A stretch of 64,000 nt of DNA from an uncultured Chloroflexia bacterium (GCA_963819655.1 CAWFXA010000002.1:416001-480000), one strand, 5' to 3'; positions 43,799 through 54,658 are shown, numbered from the stretch's first letter. Numbers and translations are program-made. Notes: generated by a model not told the origin, from the letters alone.

Positions 43799-45297
43799 CG
43801 CGCTCGTCCCTGGCAGCGTGGCTGCCGGCTGTCCTCGTCGGGGTCGTCGCCCTCATCGCGGCTCGGATCGCGATGCTCCCAGGGCTCGGCTATTGGGATA
43901 CGGCAGAGCTCCAGACGGTCGCGCCGATCCTCGGGACGGCCCACCCGACGGGTTTCCCGACGTACGTGCTGCTCGGCTGGATCGCCAACCTGCTGCTCAC
44001 GCCGTTCGGGGAGCCGGCGCTCCGGATGAACCTGTTCGCGGCACTCAGCGTGGCGGTCGCCGCGGCCGTGACGGTCGACCTGGTCCGTGCGCTGACCCGC
44101 TCCGTCCCACTCGGGGTGATGGCGGGGATCGGCCTCGCACTGACAGGCATCGTCTGGGACATCGGCACGCACGCGGAGGCACACGCGCTCCATCTCGCGT
44201 TCATCGCGATCCTCTTCCGCCTGCTCGTGGCGTGGGAGGACGGGCGGCGCGACCGCACGCTCGTCGCGGCGGCGATCGTCTTTGGGCTGGCGGCCGGGAA
44301 TCATTCGCTGACGCTGTTGCTCGGGCCACCGATCGCCTTGTACGTCCTCGCCGTGGACCCGGGCATCGTGCGCCGGCCGCGTTTCATCGCCGGCTGTGCA
44401 GCGGCGCTCGTGCTCACGGTCGTGCTCGTCTACCTGGAGCTGCCGCTGCGTGCCGGGCCGCTCCGGACCGCGGGCACGCTCGTGTATGGACGCCCGGACA
44501 CCTGGGACGGGTTCTGGTACGTCGCGCTGGCAGAACAGTTCCGTGGCAGTGTCGTCGGTCCCTTCGACGACCTGCCCGGCAAGGTGGCGGCGCTCGTGGA
44601 CCGCACGGTGGTGGCTTTTGGTCCGCTCGCAGCGCTCCTGCCGGTCGCGTTCGGGGTGACGGCGATCCGGCGTCCGACCTACGCGCTGCTCAGCGGCACG
44701 GCCGTCCTCATCACGTGCTTCTTCGCGGCGTCCTACGTGAACGCCCTGATCGAGCGCTACTACCTGGGTCCGGTGCTGATCGGCTGGACCTGGCTCGCGA
44801 TGCTCGGAGCGGGTCTCGCGACGGTCGCCGGCATCTCGATCGAGGGGCAACGCCGGCCGGATCGGGTCATCGCGACCGCGTTGGCGGTCCTGCTCCTGGT
44901 CCCGACCGTCGCGGCCGCGCCGTCGCGCCTCGAGGGCCTCGACCGGAGCGGCGATGTCGGGGCGCGCGAGTGGGTCGACCACGCCCTTCGGGTCATGCGA
45001 CCCGATGCGGTCATCGTGAGCTGGTGGAGCTATTCGACACCGCTGTGGTACGCACAGCTGGTCGAGGACCGGCGCCCCGACATCGATATCATCGATGACC
45101 GCACCCGGCTCGATCGGAACCTGGGAGACATCTACGACGTGATCGACGCGAACCTGCCGACGCGCCCCGTGTACGTGATCCGCATCGAGCGGAGTGAGAT
45201 CGAAGGTCTCAAGGAGCGCTACGTCCTCGACGTCATCGGTGGGACGGAGGCCAGCGTCCTGACCCGGATCATCGGCCGCCGCGAGACCGCCGGATGA
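43795..45297 (+). CDS. DUF2723/TMEM260-like GT-C protein
   Basis: WDTAELQ..LGTAHPTGFPTY.LLG, RMNLF, NH and Y.ELPLRA motifs. Confidence 0.8.
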   Translation: MTRSSLAAWLPAVLVGVVALIAARIAMLPGLGYWDTAELQTVAPILGTAHPTGFPTYVLLGWIANLLLTPFGEPALRMNLFAALSVAVAAAVTVDLVRALTRSVPLGVMAGIGLALTGIVWDIGTHAEAHALHLAFIAILFRLLVAWEDGRRDRTLVAAAIVFGLAAGNHSLTLLLGPPIALYVLAVDPGIVRRPRFIAGCAAALVLTVVLVYLELPLRAGPLRTAGTLVYGRPDTWDGFWYVALAEQFRGSVVGPFDDLPGKVAALVDRTVVAFGPLAALLPVAFGVTAIRRPTYALLSGTAVLITCFFAASYVNALIERYYLGPVLIGWTWLAMLGAGLATVAGISIEGQRRPDRVIATALAVLLLVPTVAAAPSRLEGLDRSGDVGAREWVDHALRVMRPDAVIVSWWSYSTPLWYAQLVEDRRPDIDIIDDRTRLDRNLGDIYDVIDANLPTRPVYVIRIERSEIEGLKERYVLDVIGGTEASVLTRIIGRRETAG

Positions 45298-46088
45298 CCG
45301 ACGCGGCTGATCACACGAAGCGCGTCGCACGCCTCTCCTACTTCTTCCCGGCCCACAACGAGGAGGCGAACATCGAAGGCCTGATCGAGGAGGCGCTCGA
45401 AGGTCTCCCGGCGATCGCCGAGACGTTCGAGATCATCGCCGTCGATGACGGCTCCCGCGACCGGACGCGCGTGCTGGCCGACGAGCTGACGGCGCGGCAC
45501 CCGGGGATCGTCCGCGCCGTCCACCACCCGACCAATCTCGGGTATGGGGCCGCCTTGCGCTCCGGGTTCGGAGCCGCGCGGTACGAGTTGGTCGCGTTCA
45601 CCGACGGCGACCGCCAGTTCCGCGTCGAGGACATCGGGCGCCTGACGGAACGCCTCGCCGAGATCGACCGCCCGGACGTCGTCGTCGGCTTTCGCATCCG
45701 GCGGGCGGACCCCATCGTCCGGACCGTCTACGCCCGTGCCTACCGGCTGGCGAACCGGATCTTCTTCGGCCTGTCGGTCAGGGACGTCGACTGCGCCTGC
45801 AAACTCTTCCGCCGGGAGGTGCTCGACGGGGTCCAGGTCGAGTCGGAGGGGGCGTTCTTCTCGGCCGAGCTGCTGATCAAGCTCCGCGCGGCCGGGCGCA
45901 GCGTCGTCGAGGTCGGGGTGCCGCATTACCCACGCACTGCCGGCTCGCCGACCGGCGCGAAGCCGCAGGTCATCCTGCGCGCGGTCCGCGACTTCTGGCG
46001 CCTGCGGGTGGCGATGTGGGTGAACCGCCAGGGAGCGCTCCGCCGCGGCCGACCGATCGTCGCGGGGATCGACCCGGGCGCGGTCTAG
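45294..46088 (+). CDS. GT2 polyprenol-phosphate glycosyltransferase (DPM1-like)
   Basis: PAHNEE, VDDGSRD, NLGYGAAL, TDGDRQF and DVDCACKLFR motifs. Confidence 0.88.
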   Translation: MTDAADHTKRVARLSYFFPAHNEEANIEGLIEEALEGLPAIAETFEIIAVDDGSRDRTRVLADELTARHPGIVRAVHHPTNLGYGAALRSGFGAARYELVAFTDGDRQFRVEDIGRLTERLAEIDRPDVVVGFRIRRADPIVRTVYARAYRLANRIFFGLSVRDVDCACKLFRREVLDGVQVESEGAFFSAELLIKLRAAGRSVVEVGVPHYPRTAGSPTGAKPQVILRAVRDFWRLRVAMWVNRQGALRRGRPIVAGIDPGAV

Positions 46089-46639
46089 CTCTGGCGGTTC
46101 TCTGCGTCCGGATCGACGTCGAGCGAGTTGACGAAGTCGCGGAACACGTCGAGCCGCGGGTCGACGATCCGTTCGCCGGTCGACTCGAGCATCTCGCCAC
46201 CGCCCTCGCCTTCCTCGCCGAGACCGCCGTCCGCGCCGAGACCGGCCTGGTCGAGCACTGACGGGACCGCGAAGATCGGGGCCCCCACCCGCACGGCGAG
46301 AGCCAGCGCATCGGACGGCCGCGCGTCGATCTCCCCGATATGCCCGTCGCGCTCCACGAAAAGCCGCGCGTGGAAAGTCTCCTCGGCGAGGTCCGAGATG
46401 ATGACGCGGGAGACACGCGCGTCGACCGCCTCGAGGGTACTGGCGAACAGGTCGTGGGTCAGCGGGCGTTCCGGCGTCAGGCCCTGGAGGCGCATCGCGA
46501 TGGCGCTCGCCTCCCACGGTCCGATCCAGATCGGCAGATAGCGCTCGCGCCCGGTCTCCTTGAGGATCACGACGTGGCGGCTGGAGAGCATGTGGACACG
46601 GACGCTCTCGACGACCATCTCGACCAATCCGTCGTCCAT
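46085..46639 (-). CDS. Bifunctional nuclease domain (DUF151) protein
   Basis: LPIWIG..EA.AI, RPLTHDL and DARPSDALALA motifs. Confidence 0.92.
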   Translation of the reverse strand: MDDGLVEMVVESVRVHMLSSRHVVILKETGRERYLPIWIGPWEASAIAMRLQGLTPERPLTHDLFASTLEAVDARVSRVIISDLAEETFHARLFVERDGHIGEIDARPSDALALAVRVGAPIFAVPSVLDQAGLGADGGLGEEGEGGGEMLESTGERIVDPRLDVFRDFVNSLDVDPDAENRQS

Positions 46640-46646
46640 GCGGCGA

Positions 46647-47369
46647 TTATCCCACGGCCCGCGGGGGCGGACGCCCATCGCCACGGGCCAGCCGCATGAG
46701 GAGCGCGATCCCGGCGCCGAAGACGAAGCCACCGATATGGGCGAAGAAGGCGACGCCACCGACCTCGGTCGAGTCCCGCACGCCGAGCGAGCCGAGTCCG
46801 TCGAGCAGCTGGAGGACGAACCAGAACCCGAGCACCAGGGCCGCCGGCACGTCGATGAGCTGGAAGAAGAAGACGAGGAAGATCGCGGTCGTCACCCGGG
46901 CGCGGGGGAACAGGACGATGTACGCGCCCAGGGTCGCGGCGATCGCGCCCGACGCGCCGATCGTCGGGATCGTCGACGTCGGGGCGATGGCGACCTGCGC
47001 AAGCGCGGCGACGACGCCGCCGACCAGGTAGAACACGAGGAAACGCAGCGGTCCGAAGCGATCCTCGACGTTGTTCCCGAAGATCCACAGGTAGAGCATG
47101 TTGCCGCCGATGTGGAGCAGGCCCCCGTGCAGGAACTGGCTCGTGATCAGCGTCGCGGTCTCCTGCGAGATCAACGCGCCGGACGTCAGGGCCGCGACGA
47201 GCTCGGCCGGCACGACCCCCCACGTCGTGACGAACTGCCCCAGGGCGGCGTCGCCGCGGGTGGCCATGATCCCGAGCTGGACCGCGAAGACGACGGCACA
47301 CGCGCCGATCAGCCCGAGCGTGACGACCGGTGTTCGCCGGGTCGGGTTGGCGTCGCGGAGCGGGATCAC
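46647..47369 (-). CDS. Rhomboid intramembrane serine protease
   Basis: VIPLRDANP start, FLHGG..H..GNMLYLWIFGNNVED, GASGAI and AHIGGF motifs. Confidence 0.92.
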   Translation of the reverse strand: MIPLRDANPTRRTPVVTLGLIGACAVVFAVQLGIMATRGDAALGQFVTTWGVVPAELVAALTSGALISQETATLITSQFLHGGLLHIGGNMLYLWIFGNNVEDRFGPLRFLVFYLVGGVVAALAQVAIAPTSTIPTIGASGAIAATLGAYIVLFPRARVTTAIFLVFFFQLIDVPAALVLGFWFVLQLLDGLGSLGVRDSTEVGGVAFFAHIGGFVFGAGIALLMRLARGDGRPPPRAVG

Positions 47370-47385
47370 CTCGTTCGGGGGCGGG

Positions 47386-49635
47386 CTACGAGCTGGGAGC
47401 GGCGACGGCGACACGCTCGGCCCGCCTGAGCCGGACGGCGCGGGCGAGGCGCCGTCGGTCGTCGGGACGGCCTCGAGGACGGCCTGGTTGACGGTATCGC
47501 TCGACAGCCAGACCACGGTATCCGGCGCTTCCTCGACCCCGGCGATGATGTACATGGAGCGGAGGTCCAGCCAACCATCTCCCTCGGCGAGCCGGTACTG
47601 GGCGACGAAGTCGCCGCTCCGCTTGTCGTAGGCGATGAGCCGGGCGTTCTCTCGATCGTAGGTGTACACCCGTCCCGAGTTCCGCTCGCCCGCCCCGGCG
47701 ACCAGGACCTCGTTCGTCTTCGGCCGGAGCAGCTGGTCGCCGGGCTTCCCGGGCTCCCATGCGTCGCTCTTCCCGGAGGTATAGCGGTCGAGGACGCCGT
47801 TCTCCGTGATGTACATGTCGCCATCGATGTACAGCGAGGTCATCTTGTCGACCGCGCGGGCGGTCGCCAGCCAGGCCGACGACTTGGCGGGGAACCCGCC
47901 GCCGTCGCTGGCCGGTGGGTAGTGCCGGATCTGCTGTTCGGATGGGTCGACGACGTAGAGGTTGTACAGGCCCCGGCTCGCGTCGCGGAGGTACGTGCCG
48001 ATCCCGAGGATATCGTCGCCCCAGCCGGTCGAACCATTGACGGTGATCCTGTTCGTCGTGCCCTTGCCGGCGTCATTCGACGCGCGCCAGCGCCAGAGGA
48101 CGTTCTTCGCGTCGAGGATCAGGAGGTCGCGGCCACCGACCGACAGGAACTGCGGAGCGGCCATCTTCTGGTTCCCGACGGATCGCCCGTTGCGCGCGAT
48201 GTTCGTGGCCCGCTTGCGCTTGAGGTCCACGCGATAGACCGCATTGGTCGCACGGTCGATGACGTACGGCGCGCTGTCGTAGCCACGCACGAGCGTGCGC
48301 AGGTCGAACGGGGCGGCGCCCTCCGCCGGCGTGAAGGTGAACAGGGGGGTCGATGCCACCAGGACGACGCCGTACGCTCGGTCGAGCAGGGCCGTGACGT
48401 CCTCGCGGACAGGGTCGACGACGCCGGCGCTGATGCGCGCGTCCTCGGCCGTCTCGAGCTGGTCGTACGCCTCCGTGAGCAGCTGGATGGCCTGATCGCG
48501 GTCATCCTCGATGAGGTCGATGCCCGGGCCCGACACGAGCGCCAGGTTCGCCTTGGCCTTGTCGAGCGCGTCCTGACCCGCGTTGACCGAGCTGATGGCC
48601 TGCTGTTGGCGTTGCCCCCCGAACGCCCAGACGGACATCGCGAGGCTGCCGACGACGACCAGCAACGCGATGACCGCGATCGCCGCCCGCCGCTGCGTCT
48701 CGCGGCGCGATGCGAGGGGCGTGACGCGGCGGTACGCCGGCTTCCGACGCGGCAGGACCTCATGCAGGCGGGCGATGGTCCGCTCCATCGCGTTGCCGGC
48801 GACGACACGGGCGCTGTCCGCCGCCGCGGACATCGCGGCACCCGCGGCCTGCACGTTGTCGGCGAGCGGGATCGGGGAGCGGTCGGGCGCTCCGGCGAGG
48901 GGCTCGGGCGGGCGTACGGGCACCAGGACCCGGCCACGGGTCGTCGGCGCGACCTCCGTCGCCTCGAAGGCGATCGCGCCGTCACTGCCGGCGCCCTCGG
49001 CCGCCCGGAACCGCTGGTGGAGATGCTCCATCGCGGACTGCGGATGGAGGGTGACCATCGCGTCCTTCAGCTCGTCGGCGCCGAGCCGCGCGACGATGTT
49101 CGGCGAGATGAGCACCAGCGAGTCACCGACCGTGACCTCGCCGCGCCAGACCTCCGGCTCCAGGCCGCTGGACGGCAGGCCACGCTCGCGATGCGGGTCG
49201 GGCAGGGTCGAGAGACGGGCCTGGCGGATGAGGTACGCCTCGGCCGGGCCCGACCGTCGCCACGTACATCTCGTTGCCACGAACGACGCCCACGCCCACG
49301 CCGATCGGCCCATTCTCGCCCGCCACCTTCAGGCCGAGACGGTCGGCCTGATGGAGCAGGCGCTTGTTGGCCGTGGCGATCGATTTCTGGAGGCAGACGC
49401 GGATCCCAGCCGACTCGTCGTAGTAGTACTCGTTGCGGATCGTCTCGGCCGCGAGGCGCGTCGCCTCGAGCGCGTGGCGCGAGCTCGTGCGCGACGTCAC
49501 CAACAGGTACAGGTTGCCCTTCGACCGGGCGACCGAGCCGACACTCGGCTCGACGACGACGAGGGTGTCGGGAGAGTCGTCGAGGCGGTCGTGCTCGGCG
49601 ACGATCCCTAGTTTCAGTTGGAGTCGGGCGGCCAT
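47386..49635 (-). CDS. Membrane protein: degenerate PP2C-like domain, TM, extracellular beta-propeller (frameshift ~49250; 3' end uncertain)
   Basis: PP2C-like fold cues (LQKSIATANKRL, MYVATVGP-AEAYLIR, GDSLVLISP); TM AAIAVIALLVVVG; NHL-like YVID/LILD/NLYVVD/IDGDMYI repeats. Confidence 0.6.
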
Positions 49636-49726
49636 GCGGGCCTCTCGATAGGGAAGTCAGGCGACGGGACGATCCTGGCCGGATCGGCTTGACGCTCGCC
49701 CCGAGATGGCTGGCAGGTTCGGTGGA

Positions 49727-50059
49727 TTATACGCGGGGACCTGCGCGCCGGACGTGGACCCGAAGGTCCCGGATGCCGATCCCTCCCGGCGCCGCCGCGA
49801 ACGCCGTGACCAGCTCGCCGGCGCGCAGGCGGAGCTCCTGGGCGACGATCGGCGCGTCGGCCTCGACGTCGATCCAGAATCCCTCGAGCCGGACCACCCG
49901 GCATGACCCGGCCGCGGCGGGCACCCGTTCCGCCACGATCGCCTCGAACGTCGCGATGGCCCGCGCGAGCCGGAGCTCGTCCTCGAGTCCGAGCGCGCGG
50001 GCGGCGTCGGGGATCAGCTCGCCGATCCGGCGCATCGGTCGCCGGCGAGGGGTCGTCAC
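49727..50059 (-). CDS. DciA (DUF721) family protein; in frame with recF in this sequence
   Basis: PMRRIGELI..ALGL, VEAD.PIVAQELRL; the usual position after recF; GTG preceded by GGAGCGGGGG. Confidence 0.75.
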   Translation of the reverse strand: MTTPRRRPMRRIGELIPDAARALGLEDELRLARAIATFEAIVAERVPAAAGSCRVVRLEGFWIDVEADAPIVAQELRLRAGELVTAFAAAPGGIGIRDLRVHVRRAGPRV

Positions 50060-51229
50060 GCCCCCGCTCCCGTCCGCACGCTCGCGATGCCGGGCCTCAG
50101 CGGGTCGGACCTCCGCGCCATCGGGGCCGGGGCGGACCTCCCAGCCACGGGCGATCGCCAGCAACCCCGGGTCCAGGTCGTCCGGGGTCGTGGTAGTCAC
50201 GAAGGCCTGGGGCAGCTCGGCGATCCTCCGCACGAGATGCGCCCGCCGCTCCGGATCGAGCTCACTGAAGACGTCATCGAGGAGAAGCAGTGGCGGCCTC
50301 CCGTCGAGCTCGGTCAGGAGATCGAGCTCGGCCAGCTTGAACGCCAGGATCGCCGTGCGCTGCTGTCCGCGCGAGGCGAACCCGGCCAGATCGCGCCCGG
50401 CAAGATCGAATGCGAGGTCGTCTCGATGCGGCCCGATCACGGTCGACCCGTTCCAGGCCTCCTTCTCGGCGGTGTCGATGAGCCGGCGCGCGAGCGCGTC
50501 GCGCGGGCTCTCACCTGCCAGGGCCGGGGCATTCGTGACGTAGCGAAGGGTCAGCCCACCGGCCGACGCCTCTTCGGGGGCGATCTCGCGATGGGCGGCC
50601 GCGAGCGGCGCACTCAGCGTCTCGAGCAGGCTCAGACGGGCCGCCACGACCCGTCCACCGGTCTCGAGGAAGCTGTCGTCCCAGAACCGCAACTCTTCGC
50701 GCGTCGCCTGCTCCTCGCGGATCGCCCGCAGGAGACTGTTGCGCTGCTGGAGCGTTCGCCCGTACGTCCCGAGGTCGTCGGCGTACGTGGGAAAACGAGC
50801 CGCGGCGAGCGCGTCGAGTGCCGCGCGCCGGAGCGATGGCGAGCCCACCACCAGCAGCATCTCTTCGGGGGCGAACAGCACGACCCGCAGGTACCGGCCG
50901 AGACCGCTCGCGCGTCGGCCGACGCCGTTGACGCGGATCCGTTTGCGACCGCCCGAGCCGTCGGCGCCCGACCGCTGGACGGCTACCTCGAGGGTATCGC
51001 CCCCGACGCGGCCCTCGACCCGGGCGAGGTCCTTGCCCCAGCGGATCAGCTCGCCGTCCGAGCTCGTTCGATGCGACCGGCCCCACCCCAACAGGGCGAT
51101 GGCCTCGAGCAGGCTGGTCTTGCCGGCCGCGTTCGGGCCCCAGATCAGGTGCGCGCCGGGCGCGAACGCGACCTCGAGCCTGGCGTATCCGCGCAGGTCG
51201 AGGGCCGAGAGCGAATTGAGCGAGGCGAT
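50060..51229 (-). CDS. recF: DNA replication and repair protein RecF
   Basis: Walker A GPNAAGKT, GRSHR, LQQRNSLL, GPHRDDL, SRGQQRT and LLLDDVFSELD; no canonical start, ATC at 51229. Confidence 0.93.
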
Positions 51230-51230
51230 G

Positions 51231-52349
51231 CTAGGACGTCGTCCGGACGGGCATCACGACATGGACATAGCGGTCATCGCCGACCGGCTTGAAAACGCCC
51301 GGTGACAGCGGCCCATTGAGTTCGAGGGCGAACTGGTCGGCCGCCACGTTCGTCAGGACATCCGCCAGGTAGCGGGCGTTGAAGGCGATCGTCGTGTCGT
51401 CGCCTTCGACCGCCGCCTCGACCTGGCCGACGTGGTCGCCGACCTCGGCGTTGGCGCTGACCGTCACGCCCGCGTCGCCGTCACCGCCGATCTGGAGCTT
51501 GACGATGTTCGCCAATTCGTGGGCGATCAACGCGGCCGGCCGGACCGCTCGCAGGAGCTCCTCCCTGTCGAGCACCGCTCGGGTCGCGTGCGCCTGCGGC
51601 ATGACCTGCTGGTAATTGGGGAACTGCCCATCGATCAGGCGGCTGACCAGGTCGATCCCATCGAGATGGAACAGGACCTGGTTCCGCGCGCTGGCCAGGA
51701 CGACCTCGACCGGATCGTCGACATCCGCGAGCACGCGCGCGAGCTCGTTGAGTGCGCGGGCCGGGATGACCACGCTGGTCTCCGGGACCGGGTCCAGGAT
51801 CGGCAGGGTCTTGACGGCGATCCGGTAGTTGTCGGCCGCGGCCAGCGTCAGCTGGTCGCCCTCGAACCGTGCGAGCACACCGGTCAGGATCGGTCGCGCC
51901 TCGTCGCTCGCGGCTGCGAAGGCCGTCTCCGCCAGGGCGCGTCGAAGGACGTTCTGCGCGATGCGGGTGGTCGGCCGCTCGCCGGCCGTCTGGATGGCCG
52001 GGAACTCCTCGTCGCTGATGCCCTTGATGTGCGTCTGGAACCGACCGGCCTTCACATGCAATGTGTCCCCGGCGGTCACCTCGAGCTCGACCTTGTCGCC
52101 GGCCGGCAGTGAGTTCACGAGATCGGTCAGGAGCTTGGCCGGGACAGTGGTCGCGCCGTCCTCGTCGATCTTGCCCGGCACCCAGTAGGTGATGCCGATC
52201 TCGAGATTCGTGGCGGTCAGCTTGAGACCGGCGTCCTCGGTCTTGAGTAGGACATTGGCGAGGACCGGGAGCGTGCTCCGGCTCGAGACCGCCCGGCTGA
52301 CGACGGACAGGCCGCGCGCCAGATTCTCCTGCATGACCGAGAGTCTCAC
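51231..52349 (-). CDS. dnaN: DNA polymerase III beta clamp
   Basis: STLPVLANVLL, ATNLEI, RPILTGV, SRLIDGQFPNY, AFNARYL and VVMPVR motifs. Confidence 0.97.
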   Translation of the reverse strand: MRLSVMQENLARGLSVVSRAVSSRSTLPVLANVLLKTEDAGLKLTATNLEIGITYWVPGKIDEDGATTVPAKLLTDLVNSLPAGDKVELEVTAGDTLHVKAGRFQTHIKGISDEEFPAIQTAGERPTTRIAQNVLRRALAETAFAAASDEARPILTGVLARFEGDQLTLAAADNYRIAVKTLPILDPVPETSVVIPARALNELARVLADVDDPVEVVLASARNQVLFHLDGIDLVSRLIDGQFPNYQQVMPQAHATRAVLDREELLRAVRPAALIAHELANIVKLQIGGDGDAGVTVSANAEVGDHVGQVEAAVEGDDTTIAFNARYLADVLTNVAADQFALELNGPLSPGVFKPVGDDRYVHVVMPVRTTS

Positions 52350-52760
52350 GTCGGCTTCACTCCGTCTCGCATCGCTCGAGGCCGCATCGCGGGTGACGGC
52401 AGGTCGGGTCGGACGGAGGTCCGGAGCGATCCCGACCGGGGTCGCAGTGGTTGGTGGGTATCTTCTCTCTTTCTTCTTACTCCGTCATCACCGTAGTAAC
52501 GGTGTGGAGGCCGGGGACGGCCGTGCGCGATCGTTCGGGCGGAGCGGGTGGACGGGATGTCGGATGGCGTGGACAAGATCGCGTCGTTCGGGGAGGTCAC
52601 GGTCGACAGGCTGGGGACAGGCGGCCGTCGGTCGGCGACGGACAGGTCGGGAACGCCCGCGCGTCCACATGCGACGAGGAGTGCTCCACGTGGTTTCCGC
52701 GCTTCGCCGGCCACAGCGGGCGTCGCGCCGGCGCGCCGTGTTCGTCCGACGACCCCGCCC
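52350..52760. other. Probable oriC (dnaA-dnaN spacer)
   Basis: DnaA-box-like TGTGGAGG (52503), CGTGGACAA (52569), GTCCACA (~52663) and TGGGGACA; the minus strand reads TCCACA-CCGT-TACTAC then an AT-rich tract (52459-52480). Confidence 0.7.
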
Positions 52761-54149
52761 CTATTCGGCGTAGATCAGCTCGCGGACGGCCGCGATCTCG
52801 CGCCGCAGCTCGTCGTTGTTGGCGATCTCGCGCGAGATCTTGTCGCATGCGTGAAGGACCGTGGAATGGTCCCGGTTCCCGAGCTCGGCGCCGATCCTGA
52901 GCAATGAGACGTCGGTCTCCTCGCGCATCAGGAACATCGCGATCTGGCGCGGCATGACGATGGCCTTGTCGCGCTTCTGGCCCTGGAGCGCCTCCATCGG
53001 GACGCTGTAGTAGTCCGACACGGCCTTGGCGATGCGCTCCGGCGTCACCTGCCGCTTCTTCGGGTTGTACAGGACGTTGGAGAGCACGGCCTGGGCGAGC
53101 TCGATGCTGATCGGGGTCGCGCCCATGCTCGCGAACGCAACGATCCTGTTGAGCGCCCCCTCCAGCTCGCGCACGTTCGAGACGACCTTGCGCGCGATGA
53201 ACTCGACGACGTCCGACGTGATCGGCACGGCGCCCTCTTCGGCCTTGGCCCGCAGGATGGCGATACGGGTCTCGAGATCCGGCGCGGTCAGGTCGGCGAT
53301 GAGCCCCCACTCGAAGCGCGACCGGAGCCGCTCCTCGAGGGTCAGGATGGCCTTGGGCGGCCGGTCGCTGGAGAGGACGATCTGCTTGCCGTCCTCGTGG
53401 ATCGCGTTGAAGGTATGGAAGAACTCTTCCTGGGTCCGCTCCTTGTCGGCGATGAACTGGATGTCATCGATGAGGAGCAGATCGATGCGCCGGTAGCGAC
53501 CACGGAACTCGTCGATCTTGCCCTGCTGGATGCTCGTGATGAATTCGTTCGTGAACTTCTCGGACGTGGCGTAGACGACGCGCTTGCGCGGGAACCGGGC
53601 CATCACCTGGTTGCCGATCGCATGCATGAGGTGCGTCTTGCCGAGGCCGACGCCGCCGTACAGGAACAGCGGGTTGTAGGCATGACCGGGTCGTTCGGCG
53701 ACCGACAAGCTGGCCGCGTGACCGAGCCGGTTGGCCGAGCCGACGATGAAATTGGCGAACGTGTAGCGCGGGTTGATGTTGGTCGCTCCGCCCTCGCCGC
53801 CGACCCGCGTCGCCTCGACGCGGACCTGCGGGCTTCCGTTCACCGGGGGAGCGGGCGCCGCCACGGCGCCCTCGTCGGCGACGCCGTCCGTCGGGTTCGG
53901 CGATGGGGCCCCGACCACGAACTCCACCTGGACGCTGTAGCCCACGATCCTCGCCAGCGTCTGGCTGATGAGCGAGCGGTAGCGGGTCTCGAGCCAGTCC
54001 TTGGCGAAGCCGTTCGGGACGGCGATCCGGAACCGCTGCTCGTCGACGTCGACGAGTTGGGTGTCGCGCAGCCATGTCTCGTAATTGGCGGGCGACAATG
54101 AGACCTGGAGTTCACCCAGGGCGGCTCGCCAGACCTGCTTGGCGTCCAT
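52761..54149 (-). CDS. dnaA: Chromosomal replication initiator DnaA
   Basis: YNPLFLYGGVGLGKTHL, LLIDDIQF, QEEFFHTFN, RLRSRFEWGL and RDHSTVLH motifs. Confidence 0.98.
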   Translation of the reverse strand: MDAKQVWRAALGELQVSLSPANYETWLRDTQLVDVDEQRFRIAVPNGFAKDWLETRYRSLISQTLARIVGYSVQVEFVVGAPSPNPTDGVADEGAVAAPAPPVNGSPQVRVEATRVGGEGGATNINPRYTFANFIVGSANRLGHAASLSVAERPGHAYNPLFLYGGVGLGKTHLMHAIGNQVMARFPRKRVVYATSEKFTNEFITSIQQGKIDEFRGRYRRIDLLLIDDIQFIADKERTQEEFFHTFNAIHEDGKQIVLSSDRPPKAILTLEERLRSRFEWGLIADLTAPDLETRIAILRAKAEEGAVPITSDVVEFIARKVVSNVRELEGALNRIVAFASMGATPISIELAQAVLSNVLYNPKKRQVTPERIAKAVSDYYSVPMEALQGQKRDKAIVMPRQIAMFLMREETDVSLLRIGAELGNRDHSTVLHACDKISREIANNDELRREIAAVRELIYAE

Positions 54150-54511
54150 TCGTTCGATAGGACCTGCGTACGGGGTTGACGGTTGATGAGATGCGGCGGG
54201 CACGGTCCCGGGATGAGTGCGAGGGCGGCGGACCGTCCGATCGACGTCCCTCCGACGAGGCCGGACCACCGCTGCCTGCGCCCCCTCCACGAGGCCTGCT
54301 GGCGTCTCCCGCGTACGTCTCCGGCGCCGAGGGCCCGGAGAGGATAGCACCGCGCCAGACGCCGTCGCAAGGCGATTCCCACATACTCCCCAGGGGTATC
54401 CGTGCGAATGCCCGGAGCTGGCCTCCGTGACCGCTCGGCCAGGGTCCTCCGTCGATGATCCGGTGATCCCCCACGTCGGCCCGTGAGGGTGAGACTCGGG
54501 CGATCCCCCGT

Positions 54512-54541
54512 TTGACACCCCTTCTGGCGAGGTCCTATCAT
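54512..54541 (+). promoter_or_regulatory. Sigma70-type promoter for the rpmH operon
   Basis: TTGACA-n18-TATCAT. Confidence 0.65.
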
Positions 54542-54658
54542 CCGCCGGACGACGACGCGCCATGTGCCCGCAGGGCACCGGCGCGTTTGCGTGCCTCTAG
54601 GGGTAGACGGAGCGACCGTTCCCCGAGGTCGGATCGAGAGGATCACAGGACCGCCCGG

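Noticed and set aside
54150-54578. N-terminal extension of DnaA (605-aa ORF) and similar extensions of nuoB, ino1, the MFS and the flavoprotein
   Set aside because: Upstream in-frame starts picked by the ORF caller; homology and coupling or promoter cues place the true starts downstream.
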